A stretch of 64,000 nt of DNA from the human T2T-CHM13v2.0 reference genome, Homo sapiens. The stretch lies in NCBI RefSeq assembly GCF_009914755.1, contig NC_060947.1; one strand, written 5' to 3'. Both the position numbers and the translations under genes were made by a program. The notes under the pieces are model-generated. The model was not told where the DNA came from and searched no databases. It saw only the letters and a program-made list of their open reading frames with translations. Shown here one piece after another: positions 44,801 to 61,494 of the stretch (position 1 is the stretch's first letter; each line of letters starts with the position of its first letter).

Positions 44801-46786
44801 ATTTTGGTAACTATATAAATACCTGGAAATTAAACTGTATACTTCTGAATGATCAGTGGGTCACTGAAGAAATTAAGAAGGAAATTGAAAATTGTTTTGA
44901 AACAAATGATAATGAAAACACAATATATCAAAACCTATGGTGTACAGCCAAAGCAGTACTAAGGGAAATTAATAGCTATAGGTGCCTACATCAAAAAAGA
45001 AGAAAAATCTCAAATAAACAATATAATGATAAAACATAAAGAACTAAAAGTAAGAGCAAACCATATCAAAATTAGTAGAAGGAAAAAATGTAGACCAAAG
45101 AAGAAATAAATATAATTGAAATGGAGAGAAGAATAGAAAATATGAATAAAACAAAAAATTGTTTTTGAAATGTTAAAAAAATTGACAAACCTTTGGTGAG
45201 GCTAAGAACTAAAGCAGAGAATATGCAAATAAATACAATCAAAAATGAAAAAAGAGACATTACAACAGATACTTCACAAATTCAATGGATTATTAGTGCC
45301 TACTATGAGCAACTATATGCCAATAAGTTGGAAAATCTAAAAGAAATGAACAGTTTCCTAGACACATACAACCTATAAAGATTGAACCAGAAGTAAATCT
45401 ATAACTTGAACAGATTTATAAGAAGGAATGAAATCAAAGCTGTAACAAAAAGTTTCCCAGTGAAGAAAAGCCTGGGAACAGACGGCTTTACTGCTGAATT
45501 TTTCCAAACATTTAAGTAAAAATTAAAAACTAATACTAATCCTACTCGAACTGTTTGGAAAAATAGAGGAGGAAATATTTCCAAATCTCTTCTATGGGAC
45601 CAGTTTTACTCTGATACCAAAACCAGAAAAAGACACATCAGAAAAAAGAAAACTATAGGCTAATATTACTTATGAATATTGATGCAAAGATCCTCAACAA
45701 ATACTAGCAAACTGAATTCAACAGCATATTATTAAGAGCAATCATTATGACCAAGTGAGATTTATCCCTGGTATGCAAGGATCATTCAACATATGCAAAC
45801 CAATTAATGTGATATATCATATCAACAGAATGAAGTATAAAAACCATATGATTATTTCAATTGATACTGAAAATACATTTGATAAAACTCAACATCCATT
45901 CATAATAATAAAAAAAAACCCTCAAAAACTGGAAGTGGAAGAAACATACCTCAACACAACAAAAGACATACATTACAGACTGACAGTTAGTATAATACTA
46001 AATAAAGAAAAACTGAAAGACTTTTTCCAAGATCTGGAACAAGCCAAGAATGCCCATCTTCATCACTGTTATTTAACATGGTACAGGAAGCCCTAGCTAG
46101 AACAATGAGTCAACAGAAAAAATAAAGGACATCCAAATTAGAATAAAAGAAGTCAAGTTATTTTTGTTTGCAGATAATATTATCTTATATATGAAAAACC
46201 CTGAAGATTTTACTAATAAACATTGGAAAAAATAAATTCAGTAAAGTTGCAGCATACAACATCAACATACAAAAATCTGTAGCATTTCTATATGCCAACA
46301 GTGAACAATCTAAAAACAATTTAAAAAGTAATTCCGTTTACAATAGCCATACATAAAACTAAATACCCAGAAATTAAGCAAAGTAGTGAAAGATTGCTAT
46401 AATGAAAAGTATAAAACACTGATAAGAGAAATTGAAGAGGACAGAAAAAATAAAAAAATTCTATGTTCATGGATAGAAAGAATTAATATTGTTAAAATGT
46501 CCACACTTCCCAAAGCAATCTACAGATTCAATGCATTTTCTATCCAAATATTGCAGTTGCTTCTTCTTTTTTTTTTTTTTTATTATACTCTAAGTTTTAG
46601 GGTACATGTGCACATTGTGCAGGTTGGTTACATATGTATACATGTGCCATGCTGGTGCGCTGCACCCACTAATGTGTCATCTAGCATTAGGTATATCTCC
46701 CAATGCTATCCCTCCCCCCTCCCCCGACCCCACCACAGTCCCCAGAGTGTGATATTCCCCTTCCTGTGTCCATGTGATCTCATTGT

Positions 46787-50638
<3,852 letters not shown>

Positions 50639-50677
50639 TCATTAGTTGATGTAGTTTCTTCCTAGTCTCGATGGTCT

Positions 50678-51694
50678 TTACATTTTGGCATGATTTTGCA
50701 GCGGCTGGTACCGGTTGTTCCTTTCCATGTTTAGCGCTTCCTTCAGGAGCTCTTTTAGGGCAGGCCTGGTGGTGACAAAATCTCTCAGCATTTGCTTGTC
50801 TATAAAGTATTTTATTTCTCCTTCACTTATGAAGCTTAGTTTGGCTGGATATGAAATTCTGGGTTGAAAATTCTTTTCTTTAAGAATGTTAAATATTGGC
50901 CCCCACTCTCTTCTGGCTTGTAGGGTTTCTGCCGAGAGATCCGCTGTTAGTCTGATGGGCTTTCCTTTGAGGGTAACCCGACCTTTCTCTCTGGCTGCCC
51001 TTAACATTTTTTCCTTCATTTCAACTTTGGTGAATCTGACAATTATGTGTCTTGGAGTTGCTCTTCTCGAGGAGTATCTTTGTGGCGTTCTCTGTATTTC
51101 CTGAATCTGAACGTTGGTCTGCCTTGCTAGATTGGGGAAGTTCTCCTGGATAATATCCTGCAGAGTGTTTTCCAACTTGGTTCCATTCTCCACATCACTT
51201 TCAGGTACACCAATCAGACGTAGGTTTGGTCTTTTCACATAGTCCTATATTTCTTGGAGGCTTTGCTCATTTCTTTTTATTCTTTTTTCTCTAAACTTCC
51301 CTTCTCGCTTCATTTCATTCATTTCATCTTCCATTGCTGATACCCTTTCTTCCAGTTGATTGCATCGGCTCCTGAGGCTTCTGCATTCTTCACGTAGTTC
51401 TCGAGCCTTGGTTTTCAGCTCCATCAGCTCCTTTAAGCACTTCTCTCTATTGGTTATTCTAGTTATACATTCTTCTAAATTTTTTTCAAAGTTTTCAACT
51501 TCTTTGCCTTTGGTTAAAATGTCCTCCCGTAGCTCAGAGTAATTTGATCGTCTGAAGCCTTCTTCTGTCAGCTCGTCAAAATCATTCTCCATCCAGGTTT
51601 GTTCTGTTGCTGGTGAGGAACTGTGTTCCTTTGGAGGAGGAGAGGCACTCTGCGTTTTAGAGTTTCCAGTTTTTCTGTTCTGCTTTTTCCCCAT
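50678..51694 (-). pseudogene. L1HS ORF1 with a single premature stop (W150*)
   Basis: TGG>TAG at 51245-51247. ORFs 51245-51694 and 50678-51238 are in the same frame. Confidence 0.95.
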
Positions 51695-52601
51695 CTTTGT
51701 GGTTTTATCTACTTTTTGTCTTTGATGATGGTGATGTACAGATGGGTTTTCGGTGTAGATGTCCTTTCTAGTTGTTAGTTTTCCTTCTAACAGACAGGAC
51801 CCTCAGCTGCAGGTCTGTTGGAATACCCTGCCGTGTGAGGTGTCAGTGTGCCCCTGCTGGGGGGTGCCTCCCAGTTAGGCTGCTCGGGGGTCAAGGGTCA
51901 GGGACCCACTTGAGGAGGCAGTCTGCCCGTTCTCAGATCTCCAGCTGCGTGCTGGGAGAACCACTGCTCTCTTCAAAGCTGTCAGACAGGGTCACTTAAG
52001 TCTGCAGAGGTTACTGCTATCTTTTTGTTTGTCTGTGCCCTGCCCACAGAGGTGGAGCCTACAGAGGCAGGCAGGCCTCCTTGAGCTGTGGTGGGCTCCA
52101 CTCAGTTCGAGCTTCCCGGCTGCTTTGTTTACCTAAGCAAGCCTGGGCAATGGCGGGCGCCCCTCCCCCATCCTCGTTGCCGCCTTGCAGTTTGATCTCA
52201 GACTGCTGTGCTAGCAATCAGCGAGATTCCGTGGGCATAGGACCCCTCTGAGCCAGGTGTGGGATATAGTCTCGTGGTGCGCCGTTTCTTAAGCCGGTCT
52301 GAAAAGCGCAATATTCGGGTGTGAGTGACCCGATTTTCCAGGTGCCGTCCGTCACCCCTTTCTTTGACTCGGAAAGGGAACTCCCTGACCCCTTGCGCTT
52401 CCCAGGTGAGGCAATGCCTCGCCCTGCTTCGGCTCGCGCACGGTGCGCACACACACTGGCCTGCGCCCACTGTCTGGCACTCCCTAGTGAGATGAACCCG
52501 GTACCTCAGATGGAAATGCAGAAATCACCCGTCTTCTGCGTCGCTCACGCTGGGAGCTGTAGACCGGAGCTGTTCCTATTCGGCCATCTTGGCTCCTCCT
52601 C
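51695..52601 (-). promoter_or_regulatory. L1HS 5'UTR internal sense promoter and antisense promoter, YY1 site intact
   Basis: AAGATGGCC on the minus strand at 52582-52590 in CpG-dense sequence. The ORF0 ATG is at 52150 (+), but an extra C at 52243-52246 stops it after 33 codons. Confidence 0.88.
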
Positions 52602-52737
52602 ATCATCACAAGGTCCCACAACAGGCTGTCTGCAAGCTGAGGAGCAAGGAGAGCCAGTCCAAGTCCCAAAACTGAAGAACTTGGAGTTCGACTTTCGAGG
52701 GCAGGAAGCATCCAGCAGGGGAAAAAGATGTAGGCTC
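52602..52737 (-). mobile_element. MLT2A1 (HERV-L LTR) 135-bp exon carried as a 5' transduction
   Basis: The minus strand reads AGCCTACATCTTTTTCCCCTGCTGGATGCTTCCTGCCCTCG...GGGACCTTGTGATGAT, an MLT2A1 R-region match. It lies inside TSD GCAGTTG(C/T)TTCT at 46553-46564 and 52738-52749. Confidence 0.88.
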
Positions 52738-52788
52738 GCAGTTGTTTCTAAGTGCAAAAACATCAATTACTTTTGCACCAACCTAATA
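52738..52788. mobile_element. MADE1 (Hsmar1-derived MITE) remnant: spacer plus one TIR
   Basis: gcaaaaacatcaattacttttgcaccaacctaa followed by TA matches the MADE1 terminal inverted repeat. Most of the other TIR is absent. Confidence 0.85.
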
Positions 52789-53859
52789 TCAACTATATTC
52801 TTCACATAAATAGAAAAGCTTCTATAAAATTTTTATGAAATCATTAAAAATCCAGAATTGTCAATGTTATCCTAAGCAAAAAGAATAAAATGGGAAGAGT
52901 CACATTATCTGACTTCAAATTATATTACAGAGCTACAGTAACCAAAATAGCATGATCCTGCCATAAAAACAGACACATATACCAATGCAACAGAATACAG
53001 AACTCAGAAACAATTCCATGCATTTTTAGTGACTTCATTTTCAAGAAAGGTGTCAATAGCATACACTGGGGAAAAGACAATCTCTTCAATAAATAGTGCT
53101 GGAAAAACTGAATATCTATATGCAGAATGATAGAACTAGACACCTATGTCTCACCATATACAAAAATCAAATCAAAATGGATTTAAATTTAAGATCTCAA
53201 AATGTGAAAAATTAGTATAAGAAAACTTTAGGAAAAGTTTCCAGGGCAAAGGTAGGGGAAAAATTTCTCAAGCAACACCCCACAAGCACAGTGAACCAAA
53301 ACAGGAATTGATAAATAAGATTTTACCAAGCTAAATAACTTCTGAACAATGAATGATACAGTCAACAAAATGCAGAGACAACTTAAGATTGGAGGAAAAT
53401 ATTTTGAAACTACTCATGTGACAAGGAATTAACAACCACAATATATAAGAAGCTCAAACAACTCTATAGAAAAAATCTAATAATCCAGTTTAGAAAATGG
53501 GCAAAAGATTTGAATAGACATTTATCAAAAGAAGACATATAAATGCCAAACAGACACATGAAAAGTTGCTCAACATCATTGATCATTGGAGAACTGCAAA
53601 TTAAAACTGCAATGAGTTATCACCTCACTCCAGTCAAAATGCCTTATATTCAAAAGGAGACAATAACAAAGGCTGGTGAGAATGTGGAGAAAAGGGCACC
53701 TTTGTACACTGCTGGTGGGAGTGTAAATTAATACAACCACTATGAAGACAGTTTGAAGTTTCCCCCAAAAACTAAAATTAAACTACCATATGATACAGCA
53801 ATCCCACTGCTGGGTATATACCCAAAAGAAAGGAAATCAGTATATTGAAGAGATATCTG

Positions 53860-54600
53860 GAGAAGTGGGACCATGATGGTTGACTTGAAATAGCAGAGAT
53901 CAGAGACTCCCATCAATAAGAACTAAAACAGTGTGTGAATCCTGCACCAGCAACCGAGGTATCCAGGTTCTGTCATCAGGACTGACTAGACGGCTGGGAT
54001 GACCCACAGAGAGGAAGAAAGAGCACTGTGGTGTGGTGGCACTTCTAAGAGCCACATGGGGCAAAGAAGCCCCCAACCCCCAACCAAGGGAGGCAGTGAG
54101 TGAGTGTGCTACCCAGCCTGGGAAACTGTGCTTTTGCACAGTTTCTGTGCAAAAGAACCGTACAACCCATGGAATTAAAGATCCTACTCATGAGCCCATG
54201 CCACTGGGGCCTAGGGTCCCAACAAAGGAGCTGTGCAGACTCTCAACAGCCACTCAGCTAGAATCTGCTTAAGCCTGCTGAGTTCCTTGGCAGAGGGGTG
54301 GCCATCATCACAGCTGTTGCTGCCTGCTGTCTAAGCCATCTGAGTTCCTTGGGGGAAGGGTGGCAGCCAACACTGGGACTGCTAGCTGCCTAACACACTA
54401 AGCTTCTAGAACTGGGGAAGAGCGGCAGCCATCTCTATAGCTCCAGGTAACACTTTTACCCTGCTAGAGCCAGGGGTGTTTTATTGCCAGGTCCCAAGAG
54501 GTATTCCCCACAGCCCAACACACCAGCAGTGGAAGACTGCAGTCAGAGTGCCTCTTCAGGTCTGAACCTGAGCAATCCCTCCTCACTGGGTGGGGCCTCT
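53860..54600 (+). mobile_element. L1P3/L1P4-type 5'UTR fragment
   Basis: 'gaatcctgcaccagcaaccgaggtatccaggttctgtcatcaggactgactag' matches an older L1PA 5'UTR. Confidence 0.7.
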
Positions 54601-55660
54601 TAACACTGCTTTAGCTGTGTCCGAGAGATTCTGGTACATTGTCTCTTTGTTCTCATTGATTTCAAAGAACTTCTTGATTTCTGCCTTAATTTTATTATTT
54701 ACCCAGGAGTCATTCAGGAGCAGATTGTTCAATTTCCATGTAGTTGTGTGGTTTTGAGTGAGTTTCTTAATCCTGAGTTCTAATTAGATTTCACTGTGGT
54801 CTGAGAGACTGTTTGTTATGATTTCAGTTCTTTTGCATTTGCTGAGGAGGAGTTTACTTCAATTATGGGGTCTATTATAGAATAAATGCCATGCATGCAG
54901 CACTGAGAAGAATGTATATTGTATTGATTTTGGGTGGAGAATACTGTAGATATCTATTAGGTCCACTTGACCCAGATCTGAGTTCAAGTCCTGAATATTC
55001 TTGCTAATTTTCTGTCTCATTGATCTGTCTAGTATTGACAGTGGAGTGTTAAAGTCTTCCACTATTGTTGTGTGGGAGTCCAAGTCTCTTTGTAGGTCTC
55101 TAAGAACTTGTTTTATGAATCCGAGTGCTCATGTGTTGGGTGCATATACATTTAGGATAGTTAGCTGTTCTTGTTGAATTGATCCCTTTACCATTATGTA
55201 ATACCCTTCCTTGTCTTATTTGATCTTTGTTGGTTTAAAGTGTCTTTTGTCAGAAACCAGGATTGTAACTCCTGCTTTTTTCCACTCTCCATTTGCTTGG
55301 TAAATTTTCCTCCATTCCTTTATTTTCAGCCTATGTGTGTCTTTGCACATGAGATGGGTCTCCTGAGTACAGCACACTGATGGGTCTTGGCTCTTTATCC
55401 AATTTGCCAGTCTATGTCTTTTATTTGGGATATTTAGCCCATTTACTTTTAAGTTTAATATTTTTATGTGTGAATTTTATCTTGTCATCATGATACTAGC
55501 TGGTTATTTTGCACACTAGTTGATGCAGTTTCTTCATAGTTTTATTGGTCTTTATAATTTAATGTGTTTTTGCAGTTGTTGGCACCAGTATTTCCTTTCC
55601 ATATTTAGTGATTCTTTCAGGAGCTCTTGCAAAACACTCCTGCTGGTGACAAAAATCCCT
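54601..55660 (-). mobile_element. Older L1PA ORF1-end and EN fragment, inverted relative to its neighbours
   Basis: EN-like ORF 54859-55083 on the minus strand. Confidence 0.8.
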
Positions 55661-55815
55661 GAGTAGTATTCCATCATATATGTATACCACAGTTTCCTTA
55701 TCCAAAGTTAAGACAAAAGAAAGAATAAAAAGCACAAAGTAACCTATAAAGAAAAGTCTATCAGATTAACAGCAGATTTCTCAGCAGAAAGCCTACAAGC
55801 TATAAGAGATGGGGG

Positions 55816-56268
55816 GCTGGTGACTGTCAAGATGGCCAAATAGGAACAACTCTGGTCTGCAGCTCCCAGCAAGATCAATGCAAAAGGTGGATGATTTCTG
55901 CACTTCCAACTGAGGTATCTGGCTCATCTCATTGGGACTGGTTAGACAGTGGGTGCAGCCCACAGAGGGTGAGCAGAAGCAGGCTGGGGTGTTGCCTCAC
56001 CCGGGAAGCACAAGGGGTCAGGGAACTCCCTCCCCTAGCCAAGGGAAGCTGTGAGGGGCTGTGCCATGAGGGATAGTGCACTCTGGCCCCAGATACTATG
56101 CTTTTTCCACAGTCTTCACAACCCACAGACCAGGAGATTCCCTTAGGTGCCTATGCCACCAGGGCCCTGAGTTTTAGCACAAAACTGGGCAGCCATTTGG
56201 ACAGACACCAAACTACCTGCAAGAGTTTTTTTCATACACCAGTGGCGCCTGGAATGCCAGCGAGACAG
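55816..56268 (+). mobile_element. L1PA7/8 5'UTR-only fragment (~450 bp)
   Basis: Begins near 'caagatggccaaataggaaca' and ends abruptly at 'gcgagacaga'. No poly(A). Confidence 0.85.
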
Positions 56269-58044
56269 ACCTTTTTAGCCTTCTTAAAGAAATAAATGCC
56301 AGTCAAAATTTTATATCCTGCCAAACTAAGTTTCATAAATGAGGGTGAAAAAAGTCTTTCCAAGATAAGCAAATGCTAAAGGAATTTATCACCACTAGAT
56401 CAGCCCTACAAGAAATATTCAAAGGAGTTAGAAGCATGAAAGCAAAAGGATGATACTCATAATCATAAAATCACATGTAAGTGCAAAATTCACATCCTAT
56501 AAAGCTGTCACAAAATGGAGACTATAAATTAGCTAACTAAAAACACTATGACAAAAAGAAAACCTCACTGATACCAATATTAACTCTAAACACACCTGGT
56601 TTAAATGTTCCACTTAAAAGATATAGACTGGCAAATTGGATACAATGAAAAAGACTCAACCACCTTCTGCCTACAAGAGACACAGAAAATGGCTAAAGGC
56701 GCCTACAGATTTAAAGTAAAGATGTGAGAAAAGATATATCACATACATGAAAAAAAGTAACTAGGAGCAGCTGTTCATATATCACATAAAACATAAAACA
56801 AACTCTAAATCAACAACAGTAAAAAAAAGGACAAAGGAGAGCCTTGTATAATGATAAAGTGGTCAATAGAACAAGTATTCTAAATATGTATGCATTAAAT
56901 ACAATAGCACTCAGATTCATAAAACAACTACCACTAGGCTTAAAAAAAGAAATGAACAGCAATAAAATAATAGTGGGGGACTTTAGCACCACACTGACAA
57001 CACTAGGCAGAGCATCAAGGCAGAAAATTAACAAAAAATTATAGTTAAACTAGACTGTTGACCAATTGGAACTAATAGACATTTACGTCATTTACAGAAC
57101 ATTCTACCCAGCAACTGCAGAATACACTTTTTCTCATCTGCACATGGAACATCCTCCAAAATTGGTCCTATCCTTGGCCATAAAACAAGTCAATAAATTC
57201 AATAAAAAGCAAAATTCTATCAAGTATCATCTTGGACCACAATAAAATAAAATAAGAAACAATTCCGAGTGGAACTCTCAAAACTATACAAGTACACTGA
57301 AGCTAAACAACTTGTTCCTGAATAACTTTTGAGTAAACAACAAAATTAAGGCAGAAATAAAACAAGTTTTTAAAATGAACAAAAATAGAGATACAACATA
57401 GCAAAACCTCTGGGATACAGCAAAAGTAGTGTTAAGAGGAAAGTTGACAGCATTAAATGCCTACATCAAAGGCATAGAAAGATCTCAAATGAACAACTTA
57501 ACATTGCACCTCAAGCAATTTGAGAAACAAGAACAAACTAAATACAAAGTTAGCTTAAGAAAAGAAGTTACAAAGATTATAGCAATAATAAACAAGACTG
57601 AGACCACAAAAACCGTGCAAATTATTAACAAAAATTTTTTCTTGGAAATAATAATGAAATTTATAGACCACTAGCTAGATTAACCAAGAAGAAAGAGAAG
57701 ATTCAAATAAATATTAGAAGAAATAATAGAGGTCACAATAGATTCCACAGAAATACGAAATGATCATCAGAGACTACTATGTACATTGCTATGTGCACAA
57801 ACTAAAAAATCTAGAAGAAATAAATAAATTTCTGGAAACATAAAACCTACCAATATTGACCAGGAAGAAATAGAAAAAAATAAATTCATTGAGATAGTGA
57901 GTAGAAGGATTGTTACCAGAGGCTGGGAAGGGTAGGAGGGGGTTGGGGAGGATGTAGGGATAGTTAATGGGTATAAAAAAATAGAAAGAATGAATAAAAC
58001 CTAGTATGTGATAGTACAACAGGGGGGCTACAGTCAATTATAAT

Positions 58045-59765
58045 TGATATTGTTTGTATGTGTGTTCCTATCCAAATCTTATATTGAAATGTAATCCCCA
58101 GTGTTGGAGGTGGGACCTGGTGAGAGGTGATTTAATCATGGGGGTGGACTTCTCATGAATGGTTTAGCAGTATTCCCCCTTGGTACTCTCATAATAGTGA
58201 GTGAATTCTTGTGAGAGCTAGTCATTTTAAAGTGTATAGCACCTCTCGTCTCAGTCTCTTGCTCCTGCTTTCACCATGTGATGTTACGGCTCTCCCTTTG
58301 CCTTCTGCCATGATGAGAAGCTTCCTGAGGCTTCCTCAGAAGCAGATGATGCTATGCTTTCTGTACAACCTGCAGAATCATGAGCCAATTAAACCTTCTT
58401 GCTTTCCCTTTTTTTTTTCAGAAACACACTACAATAGTTAATTTTATTTGTTCAAGAACTCATACTGCAAGCATTAAACCAAGCATAGTCTTTGATTCTG
58501 TGAGCCCAAATTCACGTTGAAGAAGATCAAAGCAAACTGGGATCCAGTAAATGGATGAAAACTAAAGGCTCAGAGTTAATCACATTGTAGTTTTTAAATT
58601 TCTACAGCCTAGAGCTCAGTAGTCACAGGTCTTTTAGGTCCTTCTGGATGTCCCACGGGGTATCTGTACTTTTCTTGAACTGAGCAACCTCATCATCCTT
58701 TAGCTTCTGGTTGATAACGCTGGTTAATCCCCGGGCATTGAGGATATATGGAAGGCTCAGGAAGACTTCATTCTCGATGCCATACATCCCCTTTACCATT
58801 GTTGACACGAGATGAATCCTGGATAGATTTTTCAACATGGATTCAATGAGATCAGCCACACTTAATCCAATATCCCAGTGGGTATATCCATTTAGCTTGT
58901 TGACTTCATAGGCATTTTCAACCACCATCTTATGCACTTCTTTCCAATTTTCACTATCATTGTCAGTTCCTATTTCTGGATTCAATTCCTGGAGAGAAAA
59001 ACCTGTCACATTCATGCCAATCCACACAGCCACACTTGAGTCACTATGTTCCCCCAAAATCCTTCCATGGCAGCTGCTGGGATGAATGCCAAATTTTTCA
59101 TCCATAAGGCAGTGAAATCTAGCAGAATCCGGATTACATCCACTTCCAATCACATGGTGTTTGAGTAATCCACTTATTTTCCAGGTAACATATGTAAGAA
59201 TGTCCCCTAGGTTGGAAACCACAATTATGTGCAATCAGAAGTGTGCTTGACAATTTGAGGAATAATGAATTTGAAGACATTAACATTTTTTCTGCACCAA
59301 ATTGAGACGCCTCTCCCCCTCTTGCTGAAGGACTCCTGCAGTTACCACTACAATCTTATAACTGGCAGTCACAGAATAATCTTTATCTGCCACAATTTTA
59401 AGCGTCTTGAGAAATAAGCTCCCATGCTGCAGATCCATCATTTCTCCTTTAAGCTTATCTTCCAAAACATCCACAAAAGCAAATTCATCAGCCAGAGATT
59501 TTCCCAGAATGCTGATAGCACACGCCATACCAACTTGTCCAACACTCACTACAGTGATCTTATTGTTTTGGACTGTTGCCTCTTCTTCCGCAACTGGTAC
59601 AATGAGTTTTTCCTTAAGAGTTGCTATTTTGCACAGGAGAGAGAAGGCTCTGGAAAGTGCTGTAACAGCGTGTGGAGGAGACAATGTCAGCTCTGTCAAA
59701 ACCTTCTTTATAAATTACCCAGTCTCAGGTATTTCTTTATAACCATGTGAGAACAGTCTAACACA
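58045..59765 (+). mobile_element. MSTA solo LTR (MaLR), split by the LDHB retrocopy
   Basis: TG...CA termini (tgatattgtttg ... ctaacaca). 5-bp TSD ATAAT at 58040-58044 and 59766-59770. Confidence 0.9.
58401..59698 (-). pseudogene. LDHBP2: LDHB processed pseudogene (probably the X-linked LDHBP2; the number is inferred)
   Basis: Intronless LDH-B sequence (ATLKEKLI...DIQKDLKDL). The CDS span 59627-58623 is 1005 bp. ATG>ATA, +1 frameshift at ~59286 and -1 at ~59230. Both UTRs, AATAAA and poly(A) are present. TSD AAACCTTCTT at 58391-58400 and 59699-59708. Confidence 0.93.
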
Positions 59766-61165
59766 ATAATTTAATTGCACATTTTAGAATAACTAAAAAG
59801 AGTTATAATTGGATTGTTTGTAACACAAAAGATATATATTTCAGGGAATGGATGCTCCATTTTCTATAATGTGATTATTATGCATTATGTGCCTGTACCA
59901 AAACATCTAATTTACTTCACAAATATATACACCTACTATGTACTCACAAAAATTTAAATAGATAATTAAAACTAGAAGCAGAAATCCTGAACAGACCAAT
60001 AATGAGCAATTAAATCAAATCAGTAGTAAAATTTTTCAACAAAGAAGACCAGGACTAAACAGATTCATAGCCAAATTTTGCCGGATGTACATGCAGGCTC
60101 TAGTACCAATTCTACTAAAACTATTCAAAAATACCAAAGAGGAGAGATTTCTCCCTAACTCATACTACAAAGCCTGTATCACTCTGATACCAAATCAGGC
60201 AAACACACAATAACAAGAAAGAAAACTACAGACAAATATCCAAGGTGAGCATAAATGAAAAAATCCTGAGCAAAATACTAACAAGTCAATTCCAATAGCA
60301 CATCAAAAAGATAATACATTGTGATCAAATAGATTTTCTCCCAGAGATGCAAAGATGGTTCAAGGCATACAAATCAATAAATCAATCACCACATAAACAG
60401 ATTTAAAAATAAAAACCATATAATCATCTCAATAGATGCAGAAAATGGATTCCATGAAGTCCAACATTCCTTCACGATAAAAACACTAAAAAACCAAACT
60501 AGACATTAAAGAAACGTATCTCAAAATAATAAGAGCCTTATATTACAAACCCACAGCCAACATTATACTAAATGGAAAAAGTGGGGAGCATTTTCTCTCA
60601 GACTAAAACAAGATGAGGTTGTGCACTCTCACCACTCCTATTCAACATAGTTCAAGAAATCCTACAGAGCAATGAGACAAGTGAAAGCAATAAAAGGCAT
60701 TCAAATAAGAACTTAAATCAAATTACCTATTTTTACTGATGATATGATTTTATACCTAGAACACTCTGAGGACTCCACCAAAAGGCTCTTAGAACTGACA
60801 AAATCTGCAGTCAAAGTTTCAGAATAAAGAATCAGTGTACACAAATTAGTAGCATTTTCATACACCAATAACAATCAAGCTGAGAACCAAACTGAGAATG
60901 AAATTTTATTTACAATGGCCTTAAGAAAGCCAGAATACATTTAAGTAAGAAGGTAAAGTCTCTACAAGGAGAACTAGAAATCATTGATGAAGGAAATTGT
61001 AGATGATACAAATGGAAAAATGTCCCATACTCATCAATTAGAAGAATAAATATTATTAAAATGACCACACTGCCCAAAGCAATCTATGGATTCAATGCAG
61101 TTAATATCAATTTACTAATGACATTTTTCACAACTTTAGAATAAACAATTCTAAAGTTTATATGG

Positions 61166-61494
61166 AGCCAGGCATGGTGGATCATGCCTGTAGTCCCAGC
61201 ACTTTGGGAGGCTGAGTCCAGTGGATCACTTGAGGCCAGAAGGTCAAGACCAGCCTGGTCAACATGGTGAAACCCCATCCCTACTAAAAATCGAAATAAA
61301 ATAAAATAAAATAACCTGGCATGGTGGTGCGTGCCTGAAACCCCAGGTACTCTAGAGACTAAGGGAGGAGAATCACTTGAACTCAAAAGGCAGAGGTTGC
61401 ACTGAGCCAAGATTATGCCACTGAATTCCAGCCTGGTCAACAGAATAAGACTGTCTCAAAATAAATAAACAAACAAATAAATAAATAAATAAAT
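61166..61494 (+). mobile_element. AluS/J element with (TAAA)n tail
   Basis: Dimeric Alu. TSD TAAAGTTTATATGG at 61152-61165 and 61494-61507. Confidence 0.93.

Larger units (their letters stand above)
57875..59968 (+). mobile_element. L1MA-type 3' end fragment split by MSTA (57875-58044, 59766-59968)
   Basis: 'gagtagaaggattgttaccagaggctgggaaggg' and 'atatatacacctactatgtac' are L1MA1-3 3'UTR motifs. Confidence 0.8.

Noticed and set aside
52150-52324. Intact ORF0 in the L1HS
   Set aside because: An extra C at 52243-52246 gives TGA at 52249-52251, and the original frame also has TGA at 52322-52324.
58623-59699. Functional LDH gene
   Set aside because: Intronless, start codon lost, two frameshifts with a stop between them, and the NAD-binding glycine is mutated.
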